Shown here: positions 55,917-64,000 of the stretch, piece after piece
Numbering within the stretch: the first letter of the stretch is position 1
Layout of the letters: each line of letters opens with the position of its first letter
DNA from: Octopus vulgaris
Taxonomy: Eukaryota
Assembly: GCA_951406725.2 (NCBI GenBank)
Contig: OX597815.1
Location: forward strand, 162,812,001-162,876,000
Length of the DNA stretch: 64,000 nt
Direction: 5' to 3'
The notes under the pieces: model-generated
The model's database searches: none
The model's input: the letters and a program-made list of their open reading frames with translations, nothing else
What the model was told of the DNA's origin: nothing
Program-made: the position numbers and the translations under genes

Positions 55917-56303
55917 GGCGTAGGAGTGGCTGTGTAGTAAGTAGCTTGTTTACCAACCACATGGTTCTGGGTTCAGTCCCACTATGTGGCACCTTGGGCA
56001 AGTATCTTCTATTATAACCTCGGGTCAACCAAAGCCTTGTGAGTGGATTTAGTAGGCAGAAACTGAAAGAAGCCTGTTGTATATATGTATATATATATGT
56101 GTGTGTGTGTTTGTCCCCCAGCATCGCTTGACAACCGATGCTGGTGTGTTTACATCACCGTAACTTAGCAGTTCGGCAAAAGAGACCGATAGAATAAGTA
56201 CTAGGCTTACAAAGAATAAGTCTTGGGGTTGATTTGCCCAACTAAAAGCGGTGCTCCAGCATGGCCACAGTCAAATGACTGAAACAAGTAAAAGAGTAAG
56301 AGA

Positions 56304-56305
<2 letters not shown>
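55917..56305 (+). mobile_element. tRNA-derived SINE family 1, full length
   Basis: Matches 23219-23634. Confidence 0.88.
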
Positions 56306-56351
<46 letters not shown>

Positions 56352-56361
56352 GCATATATAT

Positions 56362-56956
56362 ATCATCGTCTGTTGTCCATGATGGCATGGGTTGGATAGA
56401 TTGAACAAGGCTGGCAAGCTGGAAGGCTGCACCAGACTCCAGTCTGATTTGGCATGGTTTCTACAGCTGGACACCCTTCCTAACGCTGACCACTCCGAGA
56501 GTGTGATTGGTGCTTTTGCATGCCACCAGCATGCATGCCATTTGCATGACACCAGTATCTTCCACGACTTCGATTTTACTTGGCTTGATGGGACTTCTTC
56601 TCAAGCACACCATATTGTTGCTTAATGCAATGTAGGCTTTCTCTTAACAACTATCACTTCTATTCACCAGGTCATACCAAATGTTTCATTTTGAAGATAT
56701 CTGCACCTTTAATATAAGATGAAGACCATTTAACTGCATTAATTATATTCATAGAGAGATTTAATATAAACTTGGAGACCAATACAGGTGGCGTGTAAAA
56801 AGCACCCACTACACTCACGGAGTGTTTGGCGTTAAGAAGGGCATCCAGCTGTAGAAACATTGCCAGATAAGACCGGAGCCTGGTGCAGCCTTCTGGCTTC
56901 CCAGATCCCCGGTCGAACCGTCCAACCCATGCTAGCATGGAGAACGGACGTTAAAC

Positions 56957-56992
<36 letters not shown>

Positions 56993-57370
56993 ATATATAT
57001 ATATATATATAAATTCACGATATATATATATTTATAGCGGCACTGGCAATGACCTGCTGGAATATTTTCGTGCAAGGTCGTTGCCAGTGCCACTGGACTG
57101 GCTTCTGTGCAGGTGGCACATAACAAAACACCGTTTGAGCATGACCATTGCCAGTACCACCTGATTGGCCCTCGTGTGAGTGGCACGTAAAAGCACCCAC
57201 CACTTTCTCGGAGTGGTTGGCGTTAGGAAGAGCATCCACCTGTAGAAACTCTGCTTGATCAGATTGGAGCCTGGTGCAACCATCTGGTTTGCCAGTCCTC
57301 AGTCAAATCGTCCAACCCATGCCAGCATGGAAAGCGGACGTTAAACGATGATGATGATGATGATGATGAT
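56362..57370. mobile_element. Cluster of SINE family 3 copies (56362-56560 -, 56785-56990 +, 57040-57370 +)
   Basis: Shared gggcatccagctgtagaaac body and (gat)n tails. Confidence 0.8.
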
Positions 57371-57621
57371 GTATGCATGCATATTTATTTATGTCTATAT
57401 CTATGCATGCTTGTAAGCATATGTTTATGTATTCATGGCTGTCTATCAGTATGTATGTATGCATGTGTGTATGTATAGAGGTGTATGGCTTAGTGGTTAG
57501 AGTGTTGGGCTCATGATCTTTAGATTGTAGTTTTGATTCCTCAACTGGGCAAAACACTTCATTTCATGTTGTTCCAGTCTACTCAGCCAGTAAAAATAAG
57601 TAATCCTGGCATTCCATCCAT

Positions 57622-57825
57622 CAAACTGGCAGAAATTTTAGCACGCTAGGTGAAATGCTTAGCGGTATTTTGTCTGTCTTTACGTTCTGAGTTCAAATTC
57701 CACCGAGGTCACCTTTGCCTTTCATCCTTTTGGAGTCAATAAATTAAGTACCAGTTGCATACTGGTATCAATACAATCGACTGGCCCCATTCCCCAAAAT
57801 TTCAAGCCTTGTGCCTAGAGTAGAA
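57622..57825 (+). mobile_element. SINE family 4
   Basis: ctggcagaa...tgcttagcggtatttt...ttctgagttcaaattcc...ctttgcctttcatccttt. Confidence 0.8.
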
Positions 57826-59404
57826 GTGAATATTGTTCTCCAGCTGACCAGACAAGGGAGATAACTCAAACCATTTATGGTTTTAGCTATGAGTGGAAAT
57901 ATAGTCTTCGCCATCGCTTGCTAGTAAGGCTACAACTAACTTAATATACAGAAATGTTCATAAAACCCATTGAGTTGTTGCAGGAAATGAGATTAATTAA
58001 TCATTTAGTCATAAAGAACAACTGACTGCATATTTTAAGTAATAAATATAAAGGTGGATTTGATTATTTTTCACTGTTTCCAACATAAAAAAAATAATCT
58101 TAGCGGTGTTAAATACAATAATTAGAGAAAAATATGTGATCAATTAATCACATTTTCCAGCTCAGTGAATATTTTTTGTTCTTGTAGTAGTGAATATTTT
58201 TTTTTGCTTTTGTCCTTGTGTTCTTGTAGTAGTCAATTTTATTACAACAAGCAATGGGGAAAGCTGCAGTTCTGCTAATGATTGCTATGAATCCAAAACT
58301 TTCAAGAGTTTCGTGTTAAGGCCATCTCTACAGATTTTTCTGTAGAAACTATAGCCAGTACTGATTTTGTTACGATGTTTTGTATTTGAGATGTCAGATG
58401 TAAACAAGCAATGAGATCATCATCATCATCATCATCCAGTGTTTTAAATCCAGGTTTTGTCCCTGTTAACGGATGTGGCCAGAACTATCTCAATGTCATA
58501 GCAACTGAAGTAGGCAGGTGCAGCCCACCCCAATCTTTGGGCTGGCTGGCTGGCTGGTGCCCATTCTCCTTTGCTATTATCATGAGGCTTTTCTGGAGCT
58601 GGATTTTCTATGGGGAGCATATGCTTGCTTACCCCCCAACCTCAGTTTCTAGACATGAGTGGTCCTGAAACCAATGCTTCTTCCACAATTTCTAAGAAAT
58701 GTGGTGGGAAACTAGCTCAAGAAGGCAGGGACACTACTCACCGAGACCCCTTTCAGAGCCCCCTACCAAAGATGAAAAATGGGTGATGGGTGTGTATGCC
58801 ATATTTTGTGAGTTTTTGCTCCTTCATCAGCACCCATCTGACCCCTTAATCATCCATGAACTCATTGCTTAAATAGCCACTAAATATAACAGAGTAATGT
58901 TATTGGATATACCAATTTTACATATTAAACACATTCCTGGAAGTTGTTACAAACCATTAATATTTAAGAGTTGCCTCTTAACCAGAAAATAATGTTATTC
59001 TTATTCTTTTATTATTTTACTTGTTTCATTCATTTGACTGTGGCCATGATGCAGCACTGCCTTTAGTCAAACAAATCGGACCCCAACACTCATCCTTTGT
59101 AAGCCTAGTACTTATTCTATCGGGATCTTTTGCTGAAATGCTAAGTTATGGGAGTCATAAACACACCAGCATCAGTTGTCAAGCGATGGTGGGAGGACAA
59201 ACACACTCATATAAGCACACACACACACACACACACACTTCTAGAACCACATGCTTCTGGATTCAGTCCAAGTGTATGGCACATTGGGCAGGTAGGTGTC
59301 TTCCACTACAGTCTTGGGCTGATCAAAACCTTATGAGTGGCTTTGGTGGACAGAAACTGAAAGAAACCCATTATATATATATTGTAGAGGGGTAAGTCAG
59401 TTTA

Positions 59405-59467
59405 TAGGGTGACCCTGGGTTTTTTGCTCATAAGGGGCTTGGCCCTACGGTGCATCTTCAGACCCCA
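59405..59467 (-). ncRNA. Type I hammerhead (family B), G12->A
   Basis: ggggu CUGAAGA ugc...gca a aAAA cccaggg UC acccu. Confidence 0.65.
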
Positions 59468-59530
59468 AACACTGCTGGCCCAAGACCTCATCAAAAAGAT
59501 TTTTTGAAGAGGTCTCGGGCCAGCAGTGTT

Positions 59531-59591
59531 TGGGGGTCTGAAGATACACTGAAGGGCCCCTTATGAGCAAGAAGCGCCCAGGGTAACCCCA
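59531..59591 (+). ncRNA. Type I hammerhead (family B), degenerate
   Basis: ggggu CUGAAGA uac...gca a GAAg cg cccaggg UA acccc. Confidence 0.6.
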
Positions 59592-60680
59592 TAGACTGGT
59601 CTACCCCACTATAATATCAACTGTTGTACATTTTAGAGTGTGCTTCTCCTCCGGAATTATGTATTTCTACAAACGATATGTGTGTGTGTGTGTGTATGTT
59701 TGTCCCCCACCACTGCTTGACAGCTGGTGTTAGTGTGTTTATGTTCCCGTAATTTAGAGACTTATATGATGTGTACTAGGCTTGAAAGAAAAGTGTAATA
59801 AGTATGGGGGTTGATTCATTCAACTAAGATTCTTCAAGGCAGTGCTACAGCATGGCCACAGTTTAATGGCTGAAACAAGTAACATATAAAAGATAAAACA
59901 TCTGCTGTATATTTAGTTTAGAATCCCTGTTGTGGTTGTTATAGTCATGTTTCCTTCATTGTACCCTTTGGATTTCTTCAGGTTCCTGTAACATTTGGTA
60001 ATGTTCTTGGAATTTTGAACACAATCCGTTTATTAAATCCATAGGAATAGAAGGTTAGGGTTTTCATTCTGTTGACCACGTCAGGAATATTCTCCTATCA
60101 GTTATTCTCCTTCGAGTGATGCCACTTTTTTTTTTTGTTTCATTTGAACAGTGTATATATTGTTTGACTGACTTTAGGATTGAACTCTTGTCCTCTAAAC
60201 TAAACAACTGCATTCAACACTTGACACTTAATCAATGCTTATATCTACAACTCGTTTGTTCTGTAGAACAACTATGTAATAGAAATTAGGAGCCTTAAAC
60301 CAAACTTTGTTAGAAGTTGTAAACCATACAGTCTTCATCTCTATACTATGATTACTATGGAGATAATCAAAACCCAGTTGTAAGCTGCTTTGTTGTATTT
60401 CTCAGTATTATCTCATTTCAAATGGTACTTTTCATTGCTTTTTTCTTCAGTTGGAATAGTGCTATCTTTGTACATGATATTGTTTTTAACAATAATGCTC
60501 AGTGCTCCTGTTAATTTAAGCATTAATGTTGTCAACAGTCTCATTGTCATTTAGATTCCAGTTTTGGTTATTTGTAATTGAATGTTTTCTGTGCTTTTGA
60601 CAAGTATACTTCTGTCTCCATTCATGTAGACGCATTTACTAGGTGACTTGCTAAGTTTTCAAGTCTTTAATTACGATATA

Positions 60681-60873
60681 CGAGGTGGGGAGGGTGATGA
60701 AAAGTTCCTTGCTTTGGGTAAAAGAAAATATAGGAGAATCAGTTAATTATGATTTTATTCAATATGTTCCTGCAGTGGCCCTTCAGTTTTTCTAAGCCTT
60801 GTAAAAGAACTTTGAAGGTTGAGCCTCCAACCAAGCTTTTCCCTTAAAACTAGGAACTTTTTAGCACCCCTCA
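60681..60873. mobile_element. Mariner-like MITE
   Basis: TIR-like gggtgatgaaaagttcct / aggaactttttagcacccctca with TA flanks. Confidence 0.6.
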
Positions 60874-61467
60874 TATTAGTGGTATCTGTAATTGTTGTAT
60901 CTGTATTAATAACTGCATGTGAAATAACAGTATGGCACCCTTACCCTTATGGGTCACAACATTAGAAGTATTATATCCTGGGCTGATAGGTTTTGGGGGT
61001 CTCAAAAACATGGTATATGTAATTTTCAACTGTTTAGATGTAAGTAATAGGAATGTACATTGTAAAAAGTAATATAATACAAAAAATCTGAATATGGAGA
61101 ACATTTATAATTTCATATCTATTTTTTTTCTTAAAACATTCTTTGTGTATTCCATAATTTTCATGGCTTTGATAGTTTCTGACATGTTGGTATTGCTTTG
61201 TTTATTTGTGTAAATAATACCTTCCTGTTTAACTGCACTACCATTAAATCAGAAGAAAACATATGCTCATAGAATTTTTTAAAAGGGGCAACTTAAAAAA
61301 GAGCTAATTCAAAACATAATGAAATAATAAAGCGGGCCCTATTAAAATTAAGGGTCTCAAACAAAACTCAAAAGAGCCTCAGTAGATTCAAAAGGACTCA
61401 ATTAAATTCAATGGCTTTTCAAATCTAAGAGGGTCCAAGAAACCTGAAGAGGGCTTAATAATTTTAG

Positions 61468-61687
61468 CCCTTTAGCATTCAGATTATTTTGTCAGATGTA
61501 ATGCTTATTTAATTACATTCTTTTGAATTAATCATGCATCATCTCATAGCTATGAGATTTCAACGATGTGAATGTTTATTCTTAGAATGACATTGTAAGC
61601 AAGATTTGAAAGGTTGGATCTAGCCAGAATGAATGTAAAACAGGTAAAACATATTGGTCAGATGTGGCTGGTTTAAATGCTAAAGGG
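61468..61687. mobile_element. piggyBac-like MITE
   Basis: ccctttagcatt ... aatgctaaaggg-TTAA. Confidence 0.7.
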
Positions 61688-62619
61688 TTAACTGCTAAGT
61701 TGGCCAGTTTAAATGCTAAGAATGCCATAGGATTTTTTAAAATATTACAAATGACTTTTTTGCTAGTTATAAATATATTTTTAAATTTTTAAATCCAGGC
61801 TATAGGCTTCTCCAAGTTAAAGGACCATGGCCCTTATTGGCTTATGCGTAAATCTTTTTTTTATTCCATAGACTATATATAGACAGCCTTGATGAGAAAT
61901 AAAAAGCAAACAAACTCCAAATTCTGTAAAATATAAATTCATTAAGTATACACCTTTCATGTTGAAGTTTTGTTTGATCTTATCTTTCCTTTCTTTTTAA
62001 GCTTGTTATGTTTTTCAGTTCACATAAAGAGAGAAGTGAATGCAGATACAAATCATTTAACTTCTTTTATTTCATGATTGTTACCCAAGATACAATCTTT
62101 GTGTATATTTTCTGTATACTTTATGGCAATATAATTCAATCAAGGTACACAACTTAAGATATAAAATAAACAGTGAAAAACAGTATAAAGTTCTATGTAA
62201 CAAATACAAATTAATACACTTCTAAAGTGGGGGTTGATATTTTATTAATCCCCTTAAAATTTGTGTGAGTAATGCCTTTCTTTGATGTACTGAGTGCAAA
62301 ATGTTTTCTTTTCATTTTCCCACTCAAAAGTTGCTTTTCTGCTGACCTTTCCCCCATCAAATAAAAATTATAATAAATTAGAGCAAATAAACAGATGTAG
62401 AGATGAGCATGTGTACAGGTTTAAAAAAAGTGACCGAGTAAATGAAGTACCATAAAGCTTGCCAAAATCAAACCTGGCCAGATTTTGTGATTGCTTGGTT
62501 TTGAGCTGATTGCTGGTTGCAGATACTCCTTACAATTTTTACTTTGCAGACTCTTATTTCTTTATTTATCTTTGTTGTGAAAATGGTTAAATGTGTATTG
62601 TGTACCACAGCTCTAAAAA

Positions 62620-62790
62620 AAGGTGTGGAGGGTACCTGTGGAAGGGGTAGACCCAGGAAGACATGGGATGAAATGGTGAGAAAGGATCTTCAGATGCTGG
62701 GCCTCACTGAGGAAATGACAAGGGACTGGGAGATGTGGTGATTTACTGTACTTGATAAGACATGTCAAGTGCTAAAATTGCTGTCTTCCA
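62620..62790 (+). mobile_element. RTE LINE 3' end
   Basis: VEGTCGRGRPRKTWDEMVRKDLQMLGL. Confidence 0.8.
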
Positions 62791-62959
62791 TGCATAAAGG
62801 CTTGTCCTTCCAGGTGATAGTGCCACTTAAAAAACACCCATGCTGGTGCTGCATCAATGCACCTGTGCCAGTGCTGCTTAAATGTATCCATGCCTGTGGT
62901 ATGTGAAAAGTGCCCAGGACACTCTGTTAAATGGTTGGCATTATGAAGGGCATCTAGCT

Positions 62960-63263
62960 TTTGCTTGTTCCTTCTCGAGCCATGCCTGGCTCTTAAGGGC
63001 TGGTTTCCTGGTTTCTTTGACATATAGGTTCCCCACCTGGACGGGACGCCAGTCCGTCACAGGTAAGCTGCAACATGCAGGAGGAAAGAGTGAGAGAAAG
63101 TTGTGGCAAAAGAGTCAGCAGGAGTTTGCCATTACCTTCTGCCAGAGCTGTGTGGAGCTTAGGTGTTTCGCTTGTAAACACACACATCACCTGGTCTGAG
63201 ATTTGAACTCACGATCCCTCGACCGTCAGGTCCACTGCTCTAACCACTGGGCCATGTGTCTCC
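62960..63263 (-). mobile_element. tRNA-derived SINE (family 2 variant)
   Basis: Reverse complement of 11347-11645. Confidence 0.8.
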
Positions 63264-64000
63264 ACTCAAGGGCATCCAGCCACAACAGACAGCTCCTTGC
63301 TAGCCAGCCCCATGTCAAACTGTTCAACCCATGCCAGTATGGAAAGCAGACATTAAACAATGATGATGATGATGATGACGATAATGTGTATGAGATTGAT
63401 AAACAGCCAATCGCTTGAGGTTTAGATTTCCTGAAGCATTACCACTTGCTGTGAGACTGTGTTTCTGTTCAGCTTCAAAGAATATTGGAATCTACGGAAA
63501 CAGTCTTATTGTAAACAATTCCCCACTTCACCCACCTAACCTGGTTCGCCTGGTAGGCTTTTCTGCCTCCAAACACAGCTAGCTTGGTTCAACCTATGGA
63601 TCAAAGAGTAGATTTATCGCTACACTTCAGGTCTTTCTTCAGAGCATTTTTAAGTACCTGATTAAAATTTTAATTGATGAAACTAAACTTAATGTAAAGG
63701 AATTTTAGAATGTTTACCATACAATGAACGTTGTTCCATCCAGTCCCTTACTTTTTGTTCATTCTTTAGTTTTAGGCTTTATTCATTTGTCACTAAAATA
63801 ATTTTCTTGTAAAGGTTTCCAATGTCACATTAATAGTCTCTTTGATTATTAGCTTTGCCTGTTGGTGTTGTTGTTGTTCATCTCCATTGTGGCCTCAGTG
63901 ACATTTGAGATGAAAGGCATTCTAAATGTGACCATCCTATTTTTGCTTGTTGTCCTTCTTTTGAGATAGTAGTGTGTGATTTGTGGAAGATATGGCTGCT

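Larger units (their letters stand above)
59378..59675 (+). mobile_element. Foldback pLTR-like palindrome with an HHR in each arm, inserted in the internal microsatellite of a family 1 SINE
   Basis: 59378-59497 is inverted to 59501-59617. Tail to ~59675. SINE halves at 59244-59375 and 59680-59895. Confidence 0.8.

Overview
This is AT-rich, repeat-saturated animal DNA, either intronic or intergenic. The SINE families and the (TA)n/(CA)n/(TACA)n load look like an octopod cephalopod (Octopus); that assignment is from recognition, not a search. I recognised no intact protein-coding gene. Nearly all listed ORFs are microsatellite or SINE artefacts. The real coding remnants are decayed transposons: mariner/Tc1 transposases, R4/Dong-type RLE LINEs, and RTE and CR1 LINEs. 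There are also MITEs, a non-autonomous Helitron and a Helentron/DINE-like element. The main signal missed by the ORF track is a dense set of non-coding foldback elements built like Penelope-like pseudo-LTRs (an inverted truncated copy plus a direct copy with a short tail), often sitting in or beside (TA)n tracts. Many carry Type I hammerhead ribozyme (HHR) motifs with the palindromic stem III typical of Penelope-like elements and retrozymes. About a dozen HHR or HHR-like motifs from several sequence families are visible. They include two identical, intact HHRs 699 nt apart in the same orientation (retrozyme-like), a family with a compensatory U3-A8 catalytic core, and HHRs with a roughly 100-nt stem II extension. 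All folds were made by eye and catalytic activity is untested.
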